This document shows positions 8,712 through 18,305 of a stretch of DNA of 64,000 nucleotides, one piece after another (position 1 is the first letter of the stretch; each line of letters begins with the position of its first letter). The stretch is taken from assembly GCA_014360645.1 (NCBI GenBank), contig JACIXD010000006.1, positions 79,940 through 143,939 on the forward strand, written 5' to 3'. Origin of the DNA: Actinomycetota bacterium (GTDB lineage: Bacteria; Actinomycetota; Geothermincolia; Geothermincolales; RBG-13-55-18). The translations under genes were made by a program, and so were the position numbers. The notes beneath the pieces are model-generated. The model ran no database searches. It was not told where the DNA came from and worked only from the letters and a program-made list of their open reading frames with translations.

Positions 8712-10025
8712 TCAGCCCATCACCTCCAAGAGCTCTCCCCGCAGGCTCCAGCTCCCCGCGCCGGTCACGCGCACGCGCACGAACCTGCCCGTGAGGTCCT
8801 CTCCGCCGCGCTGGAAGTGGAGCGGGAGATTGCGGCGCGTGCGCGCCGCCCAGAAATTGGGGTCCCTGCGGCTGGGGCCGTGCACCAGCGCCTCCAGCTC
8901 CCTCCCCACCTCCGCCAGCAGGGCCTGGGAGGTGAGGCGGCGGGTCAGGGCGGTCAGCCGGGACATGCGCTCGCGCTTGACCTCGTGGGGCACGTCATCC
9001 GCTAGCTGGGCCGCGGGCGTTCCCGGCCGCGGGTTGAAGACGAAGGTAAACGCGGTGTCGAAACGGCAGAGCTCCACCATCTCCAGGGTGTCCCGAAAAT
9101 CCTCCTCGCTCTCTCCCGGGAAACCCACGATGATGTCCGTGGACAGCGCCACCCCCTCCACCTCCCGCCTCAGGGCCCTGGCCTTCTCCAGGTATTCTTC
9201 CCTCCCGTAGCCGCGCCGCATGGCCTCCAGCACGCGGTCCGACCCGGCCTGCAGCGGAAGGTGCACATACTCGCATACCCCGGGGGTCTCCGCTATGGCC
9301 CGCATCACCTCGAGGTCGAAATCCCTCGGGTGCGAGGTGGTGAAGCGCAGCCACACCTCCGGAAAGGAAGCCCCCAAGGCCCTGAGCAGGTCGGCGAAAC
9401 GGCTCCTCCCCTCCTCCTTGCGCCGATAGGAATCGACGTTCTGTCCCAGGAGGTTGATCTCCCGGGCGCCGGCCGCCACGTGCTCCCCCACCTCCCGCAT
9501 GACCTCCTCCACGGGGCGGCTGGTCTCCTCCCCCCGCACGTAAGGGACCACGCAGTAGGAGCAGAAGTTGTCGCAGCCGTTGGTGATGGTGACCCAGGCT
9601 CGGAAGTCCTCCCGGCGCCGGGCGGGCAGCCCGCGCGGCGAAAGCCCGCCCATGGCCGTGCTGCATACGGCGCCCTGTGCCGCCCGCTCCAGGAGAACGG
9701 CGATCTGCGGGTACTGGTGGGTCCCGAAAATAAGGTCCACGTGGGGCGCTTTCCTTCGCAGCATCTCGCCCTCCTTCTGCGCCAGGCAGCCGCCCACGGC
9801 GATCAGAGCACCGTTCCTCTCCTTCAGCGGTCGCAGCGCGGACAGCCTGCCGTAGAGCCTGCGCTCCGCGCTCTCCCGTACGCAGCAGGTCACGAGGATG
9901 ATGGCGTCGGCCTCTTCCGGCTCGGCCTCCCTCCACCCCTCCCGCTCCAGCAAGCCCGCTATGCGCTCGGAGTCGTGGATGTTCATCTGGCACCCGAAGG
10001 TGAGCAGGGCGTATCTCCTCTCCAT
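8712..10025 (-). CDS. miaB: tRNA-2-methylthio-N6-dimethylallyladenosine synthase
   Basis: GCQMN, TCCVRE, GGCLAQ, radical SAM CDNFCSYC and C-terminal TRAM region. Confidence 0.95.
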   Translation of the reverse strand: MERRYALLTFGCQMNIHDSERIAGLLEREGWREAEPEEADAIILVTCCVRESAERRLYGRLSALRPLKERNGALIAVGGCLAQKEGEMLRRKAPHVDLIFGTHQYPQIAVLLERAAQGAVCSTAMGGLSPRGLPARRREDFRAWVTITNGCDNFCSYCVVPYVRGEETSRPVEEVMREVGEHVAAGAREINLLGQNVDSYRRKEEGRSRFADLLRALGASFPEVWLRFTTSHPRDFDLEVMRAIAETPGVCEYVHLPLQAGSDRVLEAMRRGYGREEYLEKARALRREVEGVALSTDIIVGFPGESEEDFRDTLEMVELCRFDTAFTFVFNPRPGTPAAQLADDVPHEVKRERMSRLTALTRRLTSQALLAEVGRELEALVHGPSRRDPNFWAARTRRNLPLHFQRGGEDLTGRFVRVRVTGAGSWSLRGELLEVMG

Positions 10026-10071
10026 GACATACATATTAACGCAGGCGGCGCGGGAAGAGGGTTCCTGCGGC

Positions 10072-10857
10072 TCAGTTGCCCGCCGCGAGGTGCTCGCGGC
10101 AGAACTCCAGGCTGCGCCTCAGGTTGTCCACCAGCCTGGCCTCGCCCAGCCTAGCCTCCAGCGGCCCCGGCCCCAGCTCCAGGGACACGCATCCCGCGAA
10201 GCCGTCCCGGGCGATAAGGCGCAGGAAACGGTCCAGAGGCAACCTGCCCTCGAAGGGCAGTGCGTGGTCGTCGAACCCCTTGCGGTAATTGTTGGAAAGG
10301 TGAACGTGGCGGACGCGTTCTCCCAGTCTTTCCCAGGCCCGGAAGATGTCCACGCCCGCGATGGCGAAATGGCTGGTGTCGAAGACGAGGTGGGGGAACC
10401 CTGCCAGCTCCTCGAGGCTGTTGTAGAGGCTGAGATTGAGCGGGCGGTGGGCCTTGACCAGCATGGCGTTCTCCACCGCCAGCGTGACCCCCGCAGCCTC
10501 GCAGCGGGCTTCCGCTTCGCGCCGCAGCCAGCGTGCGTATCCCCACTGCCAGAGATAGGGAAGATGCGCCACCACCACCATCGCCCCCAGTTCCCTGGCC
10601 ATGGCCACGGAGGCGTCGATCTTGCCGCGGTGATCGCCCCATACCTTCTTGGCTGCAAGTAGGAAGGGCGCGTGTATGGCGCGGACCTCGAGGCGGTGAG
10701 CGGCGGCCAGCTCGGCGACCAGCTCGCCGCTCTGGGTGTCCGCGCGTTTAGTGACCATGAGCTCCACGCCCGTGAATCCAGCCTCCGCCGCGAGCCGGAA
10801 GGCGTCATCGAGGGCGAAGCTGAAAAGGGATGCGGTGGAGAGGATGACCTCGGCTAT
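10072..10857 (-). CDS. Sugar phosphate isomerase/epimerase (AP endonuclease 2-type TIM barrel)
   Basis: GFTGVEL, IHAP, AVEN, FDTSH, HVHLS, DDH and LE metal ligands. The N-terminal VILSTASLF strand is in frame only from ATA 10857. Confidence 0.8.
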   Translation of the reverse strand: MAEVILSTASLFSFALDDAFRLAAEAGFTGVELMVTKRADTQSGELVAELAAAHRLEVRAIHAPFLLAAKKVWGDHRGKIDASVAMARELGAMVVVAHLPYLWQWGYARWLRREAEARCEAAGVTLAVENAMLVKAHRPLNLSLYNSLEELAGFPHLVFDTSHFAIAGVDIFRAWERLGERVRHVHLSNNYRKGFDDHALPFEGRLPLDRFLRLIARDGFAGCVSLELGPGPLEARLGEARLVDNLRRSLEFCREHLAAGN

Positions 10858-10872
10858 CTGGACCTACCTCCC

Positions 10873-11259
10873 CTACCTCTCGCCATGTCTGCGCAACCTG
10901 CGCGCCGCCCCCCGGAAGAGCAGCGAGGTGCCGGCGAAACCGGCGAGCATGCCTCCCAGACGCGCCAGGGGCGAACGTAGGGCCCCCTCCACCGAGCGCA
11001 TGCCGCTTTCGGCCATCCCCAGCATCTCCTGCACCTCGCCGGTCATGGCGGAGATCTTTTCCAGCTCTCCGTTGACCTCCTCCAGGGTGTGGTTGAGGCC
11101 GGTTAGCAGCATGTTGACCTGGGGACGCGCGTCGTCGAGGGTTCGGTTGAGGTGGTCGATGCCCCGCCCCGCCTTGAGGGTCAGCCTGATGAGGAAAAAG
11201 CTGAGCGCGGGCACGGAGACGATGGCCACCACCAGCAATATCGCCTTGAGGACCTGCAA
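10873..11259 (-). CDS. DUF948-like membrane-anchored coiled-coil protein
   Basis: N-terminal TM helix followed by amphipathic heptads; TTG start after AGGAGG. Confidence 0.65.
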   Translation of the reverse strand: MQVLKAILLVVAIVSVPALSFFLIRLTLKAGRGIDHLNRTLDDARPQVNMLLTGLNHTLEEVNGELEKISAMTGEVQEMLGMAESGMRSVEGALRSPLARLGGMLAGFAGTSLLFRGAARRLRRHGER

Positions 11260-11318
11260 TTTTCCTCCTGAGAAAGGGCTGCCCCGCGAAGCGGCGCGGT
11301 CTGATGGACGGCCGCGGA

Positions 11319-11579
11319 TCAGCGCGACTCCACGGACAGCCTGATGGCCGTGCGCTCCTCGCCGTCGATGATGATGTCGGTGAAGGCGGGAATGCAGACC
11401 AGGTCGATGCCGCTCGGCGCCACGAACCCTCTCGCGATGGCGATGGCCTTGATGGCCTGGTTGAGGGCCCCCGCACCGATCACCTGGATCTCGGCGCTGC
11501 CCGCCTCCCTCAACACGCCCGCCAGGGCTCCGGCGACCGAGTTGGGGTTCGACTTCGAAGAAACCTTGAGCACTTCCAT
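11319..11579 (-). CDS. spoVS: Stage V sporulation protein S (Alba-like)
   Basis: MEVLKVSSKSNPNSVAGALAG...GAGALNQAIKAIAIARGF closely matches the SpoVS family. Confidence 0.96.
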   Translation of the reverse strand: MEVLKVSSKSNPNSVAGALAGVLREAGSAEIQVIGAGALNQAIKAIAIARGFVAPSGIDLVCIPAFTDIIIDGEERTAIRLSVESR

Positions 11580-11694
11580 GTCCCGTTACTCCTCCCGGTA
11601 CTACCGCCTTGAAACGCTGCCGACATCCCTGAATAGTGAATTATGATATACCATTTCGGCATGGCGCGAAAGGATTGCGCCTTCCCGGATCCCC

Positions 11695-12810
11695 TCAGCC
11701 GTCGTCCTCCCGGTCGTGGAGCGCGAGGGAGATGATGATGCGGTTCTTGCGCCTCTTGATGACCGGGGGCTCGAAACGCAGGAGGTGCCTCTCCCCCATC
11801 TCCCGCAGGAGGTCCTGCAGCGATCCGGAGATCCTCTCTAGGTCCTCCTGCTCCAGGCGCCGCGCCAGGTGGTCGGTCCACACCGCCCGTGGCTGGCGGT
11901 GGAGGTCGGCCCGCCGCGGGGGGGAGTCGCGCCCTCCCTCGTCCAGGAGCTCGTTCACGCTCATGAGGGGAGGTATCTCGTATTCCAGGATACGGAAGGC
12001 GTTGCGCTCGGACACGCTCAGCCCCAGCCGTTCCAGGGCGAAACGGTGCAGGGCTCGTCCCTCGCTCATGCCCCCGAGATCGAACCATAGCGGCCAGGTC
12101 TCCCCGCCCCTGCCCTCCGCCCAGCCCTTGCGCAGCTCCTGGGAGCGGTGATAAAGGGTCGCCAGCACCTCGGCGTTGGAGCCCAGGAAGAAGCGCACCC
12201 CCTCGCAGCCGAGGGCGTATTCCGCCAGCACCCGGGGGACGTTGCGCGGTCCTCCCCCCACCGCGGCTCTGCCCTCCTCGTCTCTCTCCAGGCGCGGGAA
12301 GGTGGACTGGTCCTTCTTTTCCGGTACCTTCTGGGTATCCAGGCGCGCGAAGATGATGGTGCCGCATCCCTCCACGGAATCCACCAGCCTGACCTCTTCA
12401 GCCACCTGCTTGATGGAGAAGAGGGCCATGCCCCTGCCGTGCACCCCGAAGGCGTCCTCCACCACCCCTTCCACCTTGGAGGTGACGCGGGCCTCGAAGA
12501 TCTTGCGGTGCAGGGGGGCCGGGATGCCGCCGCCGTCGTCCAGCACGGTGATGTTGCGCCAGCGGCCCCTTTCCTTCTGGAAGGAGACGTAGATCTCGTG
12601 CGCCCCGGCGTCGCGCGCGTTGCGCACCAGCTCCTTCACCACGTCCTCTACGGAGCGGATGTCCTGCAGAGCCTGGCGGCGCTCCGCCTCGGTTATCCTC
12701 AGCCTCACGTAGCCGTGGCCGAGGTCCTCCTCGACGGTGAAGGTATTGTGGTCGGCGAAGCTCCTGATGAACCCCAGGAGATCGCTCTCATCTCCATCCG
12801 TCCTCGACAC
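11695..12810 (-). CDS. Stand-alone GHKL (MutL/HATPase_c-like) ATP-binding protein
   Basis: KELVRNARDAGA, DDGGGI, TSK, GVHGRGMALFSI and GCGT motifs. Confidence 0.85.
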   Translation of the reverse strand: MSRTDGDESDLLGFIRSFADHNTFTVEEDLGHGYVRLRITEAERRQALQDIRSVEDVVKELVRNARDAGAHEIYVSFQKERGRWRNITVLDDGGGIPAPLHRKIFEARVTSKVEGVVEDAFGVHGRGMALFSIKQVAEEVRLVDSVEGCGTIIFARLDTQKVPEKKDQSTFPRLERDEEGRAAVGGGPRNVPRVLAEYALGCEGVRFFLGSNAEVLATLYHRSQELRKGWAEGRGGETWPLWFDLGGMSEGRALHRFALERLGLSVSERNAFRILEYEIPPLMSVNELLDEGGRDSPPRRADLHRQPRAVWTDHLARRLEQEDLERISGSLQDLLREMGERHLLRFEPPVIKRRKNRIIISLALHDREDDG

Positions 12811-12934
12811 CTGCGATCACATCCCTGCCCGGTCCGTCGCTCTCTCCGCGATCTCTATTCTCCATCTCGGCAGCGATGCCCGCATCCTGAACGCCGCAGG
12901 CGGGCGAGGCAGACAGGCCGGGAGGGGGTTGCGC

Positions 12935-14473
12935 CTACTTGGCGTAGTCAACCACGCGCTTCTCCCTCACCACGGTGATCTTGATCTGTCCGGGATATTC
13001 CAGCTCGTCCTCTATCTGTCTCGCGATCTCGCGCGACAGCGTCACGCAGCCCAGGTCGTCGATGACGTCCGATTTCACCATCACCCTGATCTCGCGCCCC
13101 GCCTGCAGCGCATAGGAGCTCTCCACCCCCTCGAAGGAATCGGCGATGGTCTCCAGCTTCTCCAGGCGCTTTATGTAGCTCTCCAGGGTCTCGCGCCGCG
13201 CTCCCGGCCGGGCCGCGCTTATGGCGTCCGCGGCCTGCACCAGCACCGCCTCGATGCTGTGGGCCTCCACCTCTTCGTGGTGAGCCTCTATGGCATGCAC
13301 CACCGCCTCGCTCTCCTTGAGGCGCTTTGCCAGCTCGGCACCGATGATGGCGTGCGAGCCCTCCACCTCGTGGTCGATGGCCTTGCCGATGTCGTGCAGC
13401 AGGCCGGCGCGCTTGGCCAGCTTGATATCGGTGCCCAGCTCCGCGGCCATTATCCCGGCCAGATGCGCCACCTCTATGGAGTGCTTGAGCACGTTCTGTC
13501 CGTAACTGGTGCGGTACTTGAGGCGGCCGAGTACCCTCATCAGCTCGTGGTTCACGCCGTGTAGGCCCACCTCGAAGACGGCCTGCTCGCCGACCTCCTT
13601 GATCTCCGCCTCCACCTCGGCCTTGGCCTTGTCGTACATCTCCTCGATGCGCGCGGGCTGGATGCGCCCGTCGGTTATGAGCCTCTCCAGGGTTAGCCGG
13701 GCTATCTCCCTCCTCACGGGATCGAAGCTGGAGAGGATCACCGCCTCCGGGGTGTCGTCGATGATGAGGTTGATGCCGGTGAGGGTCTCGAAGGTGCGGA
13801 TGTTCCTGCCCTCTCGGCCGATGATGCGCCCCTTCATCTCGTCGTTGGGCAGAGGGACCACCGATACCGTGGTCTCGGCCACGTGGTCGGACGCGCATCT
13901 CTGGATGGCGTTGGCGATGATGTGCTTGGCCTTTTTGTCCGCCTCGTCGCGCAGGCGGCTCTCGATCTTCTTGATCACTTGAGCCGCTTCGCGCTTGGTC
14001 TCCTGTTCCACCTGGGTGAGCAGGAGCTGCTTGGCCTCCTCCCTCGAAAGACCGGCGATGCTCTCCAGCTTGGACCTCTGCTCATCCAGCGTCCTCTTCA
14101 CCTCTTCGCGCATGTCCTGGATCTCGCTCTCCTTGGCTGCCAGCGACCTTTCCCTCTTCTCGAGGTTCTCGGCCCGGTTGTCGAGCTGTTCCTCGCGCTG
14201 CAGGAGCCGGCGCTCCAGCCTCTGGAGCTCGCTGCGACGGTTCTTTATCTCCCGCTCCGCCTCGCTGCGCATGGCGAAGATCTCATCCTTAGCCTCGACT
14301 AGAGCTTCACGCTTCCTGGTCTCGGCGACCTTCTCCGCCTCTTGCTTTATCCTCCTGGCCTCCTCCTCCGCCGAGGATATCTTCGCCTCGGCCATGAACT
14401 TCCTGGCCAGGTAGCCACCCAGCAGCCCGCAGGCAAGGGCCGCCACGCCGATCACTATGCTTACGACAACCAT
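12935..14473 (-). CDS. rny: Ribonuclease Y
   Basis: N-terminal TM, coiled coil, KH ([11 protein letters not shown]), HD (LLHDIGK). Confidence 0.97.
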   Translation of the reverse strand: MVVVSIVIGVAALACGLLGGYLARKFMAEAKISSAEEEARRIKQEAEKVAETRKREALVEAKDEIFAMRSEAEREIKNRRSELQRLERRLLQREEQLDNRAENLEKRERSLAAKESEIQDMREEVKRTLDEQRSKLESIAGLSREEAKQLLLTQVEQETKREAAQVIKKIESRLRDEADKKAKHIIANAIQRCASDHVAETTVSVVPLPNDEMKGRIIGREGRNIRTFETLTGINLIIDDTPEAVILSSFDPVRREIARLTLERLITDGRIQPARIEEMYDKAKAEVEAEIKEVGEQAVFEVGLHGVNHELMRVLGRLKYRTSYGQNVLKHSIEVAHLAGIMAAELGTDIKLAKRAGLLHDIGKAIDHEVEGSHAIIGAELAKRLKESEAVVHAIEAHHEEVEAHSIEAVLVQAADAISAARPGARRETLESYIKRLEKLETIADSFEGVESSYALQAGREIRVMVKSDVIDDLGCVTLSREIARQIEDELEYPGQIKITVVREKRVVDYAK

Positions 14474-14527
14474 GGATACTCCTCCCTTCGTTTATGTAAA
14501 GCCGGGGTTTAACCCCTTACTTAACGC

Positions 14528-14553
14528 AAAAATGCCGAGTGTTATCTCGGCAT
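14528..14553 (-). terminator. Intrinsic terminator-like hairpin within the rny leader
   Basis: Minus strand ATGCCGAG-ATAACA-CTCGGCAT followed by TTTT. Confidence 0.7.
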
Positions 14554-14666
14554 AAGGCTTAAATCTGCGATTTAGATTTACCGTCTTGGCCCTCTTTAGA
14601 CCTGCCTCCAACGGTATATCCCTAAGGCGACTGATCGCCTGAAGAACGAACGAACACCTTAAGCCT
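14528..14666 (-). ncRNA. Putative structured cis-regulatory leader or sRNA upstream of rny
   Basis: Closing helix AGGCUUAA/UUAAGCCU encloses several hairpins and is followed directly by a terminator; starts about 7 nt after a consensus promoter. Confidence 0.5.
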
Positions 14667-14672
14667 GATTAA

Positions 14673-14701
14673 ATTCTAGGAGTAGCCACCTGCACTGTCA
14701 A
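14673..14701 (-). promoter_or_regulatory. SigA-type promoter for rny
   Basis: TTGACA-17 nt-TAGAAT. Confidence 0.8.
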
Positions 14702-14911
14702 GGAAAGCGGTCCTGTCTTTTCATGCGTAGAGAGGAGCCGCGGTTTCCGCGCAGAACCGATTTTTCCCGTTTATCGAGGAGCTCGCCGGGGCCGGGTCAA
14801 AGGTCGGGCCTTGATCCTTCGCGGGACGGCTTTATCCGGGCCCGCGGGACATACAACCCTGAAAGGTCGGTTGCATGGCAGCGGATATCGCCTTGCCCTG
14901 CGAGGCTCGGG

Positions 14912-15406
14912 TCATGTCCGAAAGCCTTCCAGAGCTCGAGATATGGAGCTCGGCGAGAATCCCCTTCTCGCGAGGAGACCGGCTGCCTTTTTCAGCGCCT
15001 CGGCCCGGTCCTCGTGAGGACGCTCCGTAAGCACGGCGGCTACGATGCGAGCTGCGTCCTCGCTCTCCCTGTCGGGGTCGAAGGCTCGGCGCATGGCCTC
15101 CTCTGCGACCTCTCTCCCGATCCCCCGCCTCCGCAGCTCGCCGTAGACGCGCCCGCTCCCGCGACGCGACCGCTGTGCCGCGGCCACCAGCGCTCGCGCT
15201 AGCGCCGCATCGTCGAGAAGGCCCCGCGCCTCCAGGTCCTCCACCACACCCCGCGCCGTCTCAGACGAGAACCCCCTGGCCAGCAGGTCCTCCCTTATCT
15301 CGTGGCTGCTCCGCTGGCGGTAGGAGAGCATTCTAAGGGCACGGGACAGAGCACGCCTGACCTCCCCGCCCTCCTGCCCGGAGCTATTTTCCCTTCCCGT
15401 CTCCGT
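14912..15406 (-). CDS. recX: Regulatory protein RecX
   Basis: [31 protein letters not shown]; directly after recA. Start uncertain (ATG 15331, or ACG 15406 behind AAGGAGGT). Confidence 0.88.
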   Translation of the reverse strand, partial: TETGRENSSGQEGGEVRRALSRALRMLSYRQRSSHEIREDLLARGFSSETARGVVEDLEARGLLDDAALARALVAAAQRSRRGSGRVYGELRRRGIGREVAEEAMRRAFDPDRESEDAARIVAAVLTERPHEDRAEALKKAAGLLARRGFSPSSISRALEGFRT

Positions 15407-16439
15407 TCGGCACCTCCTTGGCCTCCTCCCTTTCGGGCAGCGGGGAAGTGGTCCTGGAGAGGTTGAGCATCTCCCTCAACCTCGTATCCAGGGCTTCCAG
15501 GAGCTGGGGGTTATCGCTCAGGTACTGCTTGGCGTTCTCCCTCCCCTGCCCGAGCTGCTCGTCTCCGTAGGTGTACCAAGAGCCGCTCTTCTTCACCAGG
15601 CCGTGCTCCACCGCGAGGTCGAGGATGTTGCCTTCCCTGGAGATGCCCTTGCCGTACATGATGTCGAACTCGGCCTTGCGGAAAGGAGGCGCCATCTTGT
15701 TCTTGACCACCTTCACCCGCACCTGGTTGCCGGTTATCTCCGCCCCCTGCTTGATGCTCTCGATCTTGCGGATGTCCAGGCGCACGGAGGCGTAGAACTT
15801 CAACGCCTTGCCTCCCGGGGTGGTCTCGGGGCTTCCGAACATCACCCCGATCTTCTCGCGCAGCTGGTTGATGAAGATGGCGGTGGTGTTGGACTTGTTT
15901 ATGGTTCCGGCGAGCTTGCGCAAGGCCTGGGACATCAACCTCGCCTGCAGGCCTACATGGGCCTCCCCCATCTCGCCCTCGATCTCCAGGCGCGGCACCA
16001 GCGCGGCCACGGAATCGATGACCACCACGTCCAGCGCCCCGCTCCTCACCAGCATCTCCGCTATCTCCAGCGCCTGCTCTCCCGTGTCCGGCTGGGAGAT
16101 CAGGAGCTCGTCCACGTCCACCCCCAGGGCTTTGGCGTAACCCGGGTCAAGGGCGTGTTCGGCGTCGATGAAGGCGGCGATGCCCCCCCTCTTCTGCGCC
16201 TCGGCGATGATGTGCAGGGCCACGGTGGTCTTGCCGGAGGATTCGGGGCCGAATATCTCCACCACCCTCCCCCTGGGCACTCCCCCTATGCCCAGCGCCA
16301 GGTCCAGGGAGAGGGCGCCGGTGGGTATGGCCTCCACCTGGAAGCGGTGGTTGTCCTGGCCAAGCTTCATGATGGAGCCCTTGCCGAACTGGCGCTCTAT
16401 CTGCACCAGCGCCATCTCCAGAGCCTTCTGTTTCTCCAC
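15384..16439 (-). CDS. recA: Recombinase RecA
   Basis: [35 protein letters not shown]. Confidence 0.98.
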   Translation of the reverse strand: MEKQKALEMALVQIERQFGKGSIMKLGQDNHRFQVEAIPTGALSLDLALGIGGVPRGRVVEIFGPESSGKTTVALHIIAEAQKRGGIAAFIDAEHALDPGYAKALGVDVDELLISQPDTGEQALEIAEMLVRSGALDVVVIDSVAALVPRLEIEGEMGEAHVGLQARLMSQALRKLAGTINKSNTTAIFINQLREKIGVMFGSPETTPGGKALKFYASVRLDIRKIESIKQGAEITGNQVRVKVVKNKMAPPFRKAEFDIMYGKGISREGNILDLAVEHGLVKKSGSWYTYGDEQLGQGRENAKQYLSDNPQLLEALDTRLREMLNLSRTTSPLPEREEAKEVPNGDGKGK

Positions 16440-16531
16440 TTTCACTCCTCCTGAACTGATCCACGCCGCATATGTGCTCGACCGGCAACCGCCCCGATCG
16501 TCTTCGACGCCTCATCCTCGCGTCCTCACAC

Positions 16532-16554
16532 ATTATATTTCTGCGGGGTGACAA
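16532..16554 (-). promoter_or_regulatory. RecA-NDp-like promoter of recA
   Basis: TTGTC-ACCCCGCAGAAA-TATAAT (12-nt spacer). Confidence 0.65.
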
Positions 16555-16744
16555 CAACACCTTTGGGGCTCGGCGCTGAGGTCTTCACGGTGACGGCAAA
16601 ACCTCCGGACGTGCCGCCGGAGGATTTGCGACTCTGCTATGAAGAGCATCACGCCCTATTAAGCGGGGTGACAACAACACCTTTGGGGCTCGGCGCTGAG
16701 GTCTTCACGGTGACGGCAAAACCTCCGGACGTGCCGCCGGAGGA
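16543..16744. repeat. 82-bp perfect direct repeat (period 120) between rsmB and recA, containing a terminator-like hairpin
   Basis: 16543-16624 is identical to 16663-16744; each copy contains CCTCCGG-N8-CCGGAGG-TTTT on the minus strand. Confidence 0.95.
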
Positions 16745-16823
16745 GCCGGCGGTGCTCCAGCGGGAATCCGGGGCACGGGTGAGTCCCTCGGTCACTCCTC
16801 CGGAGCGCCGGGCCCCGTTTCCA

Positions 16824-18305
16824 TCAACTCCTCTCGAGGCGGGCGATGAACATGCCCTCGCAGCCGTGGAGGTGCGGCATCAACTGGGCATACCCGTCGG
16901 GCGACAACGAGGAGCGATAGGGCTCGGGCAGAAAGGCGCCGAGGTCCGCGGCGTGGAAATCGCCGTGCCGGGCGAGGAAGGCCTCCACCACCTCCGATGT
17001 CTCCTCGCGCGTATAGGTGCACACGGAATAGACCACCGCGCCGCCGGGGCGGACCGTGCGCGCCGCCGCCTCCAGCAGTGAGGCCTGAAGGCGCGTGAAG
17101 CCGGGGAGGTCTTCGGGCTTCCTGCGCCACCTGAGCTCCGGGTTGCGGCGCAGGGTTCCCAGTCCGGAGCAGGGGGCGTCCACCAGGACCAGGTCGGCTT
17201 CCCCGTCCACCAGGTCCGGAAGTCCGTGGGCGTCGCCCTGCAGCAACGCGACGTTCTCCAGTCCCAGGCGCTCCACGGACTTCTTCATGGCCTCGAGGCG
17301 TTTGGCGTTGACGTCCACCGCGAGGACGCGGCAGGCGGGCCCTCCGAGCGTGGCCAGGTGGGTAGCCTTGCCACCGGGAGCGGCGCACGCGTCCACCACC
17401 AGGTCGCCCTCTCCGGGAGAGACGGCGTACCCCACCAGCATGGACCCCTCGTCCTGCACCACGCAGAGCCCCTCGCACAGCAGGTCCTGCAGAGCGGGAT
17501 AGGATAGAGAAACCTCCCGCACCGCCTCGCGCAGCGCGGGTGAAAGCTCCCCCGCTCCGCCTCTCTCCTCGACCTTCGCCAGCAGTCCGGGGGCGTCGAT
17601 GCGCATCGGGTTGGCGCGCAGCGTGAGGGAGGGGATGGTGTTGTCGCTGACGCACAGCGCCTCGGCTTCCTCCGGGGCCATGCGCGCCAATAGCAGTTCC
17701 ACAAGCCAGCGAGGATGCGAGTGCACCACCTCGAGATATTCCGGCGTGTCCTCGCGCGGCGGCAGGGACAGGGAGTCCTTCTCCGCCACCGCCCTCCGCA
17801 TCACCGCGTTGACGAAAGATGCCGGTCCCGGCCCCAGGCGCGCCTTCGCCAGGGATACGCTCTCATTGGCGGCGGCATGGCCGGGGATGCCCAGGCGGTA
17901 GAGCTGGTACATGCCCAGCCTCAGAACGTCCAGGATCGCGCCATCGATCTCCTCCAGGGGGCGGTCCGAGAGCTGGGATATCAGGTGGTCCAGCAGGTTG
18001 CGGTGCCTCTGCACCCCGTAGCACAGCTCCGCCACCAGGGAGCGGTCGCGCGGTGCGAGGCGTGACTTCCCCAGCGAGTAGCGCAGCAGGAGACCCAGGT
18101 ATGCGCCGCCGTCGTTCACCCGGCGGGTGAGGTCGAAGGCGAGCTCCCGCGCACCGGGGGGCGGGGTACCTCGCTTTCCCTTTCCGCTCGCCTTGCGCTT
18201 GCCCACCGCCGCGCCCCGCTGACTTTTTCCTCCCGCTCGCCCCTCAGGCGGCCTTGCGCCCTTCATCCCGCTCGCCTTCCGCTCGCCCGTCGCCTCGCCT
18301 CGCAT
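16824..18305 (-). CDS. rsmB: 16S rRNA (cytosine967-C5)-methyltransferase RsmB
   Basis: NusB-like domain, HSHPRW, VQDEGS, DACAAPGGK, DAPCSG, YSVCT; follows def-fmt. Exact start uncertain. Confidence 0.92.
   Translation of the reverse strand: MRGEATGERKASGMKGARPPEGRAGGKSQRGAAVGKRKASGKGKRGTPPPGARELAFDLTRRVNDGGAYLGLLLRYSLGKSRLAPRDRSLVAELCYGVQRHRNLLDHLISQLSDRPLEEIDGAILDVLRLGMYQLYRLGIPGHAAANESVSLAKARLGPGPASFVNAVMRRAVAEKDSLSLPPREDTPEYLEVVHSHPRWLVELLLARMAPEEAEALCVSDNTIPSLTLRANPMRIDAPGLLAKVEERGGAGELSPALREAVREVSLSYPALQDLLCEGLCVVQDEGSMLVGYAVSPGEGDLVVDACAAPGGKATHLATLGGPACRVLAVDVNAKRLEAMKKSVERLGLENVALLQGDAHGLPDLVDGEADLVLVDAPCSGLGTLRRNPELRWRRKPEDLPGFTRLQASLLEAAARTVRPGGAVVYSVCTYTREETSEVVEAFLARHGDFHAADLGAFLPEPYRSSLSPDGYAQLMPHLHGCEGMFIARLERS

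Noticed and set aside
16466-16481. Degenerate LexA box TCGAGC-ACAT-ATGCGG in the recA leader
   Set aside because: Three mismatches in the GAAC-N4-GTTC core and no similar box seen at the uvr genes; it cannot be supported without a genome-wide matrix
16543-16744. Repeat-spacer-repeat as a CRISPR array
   Set aside because: Only two copies of 82 bp, too long for a CRISPR repeat, and no cas1/cas2 in the window
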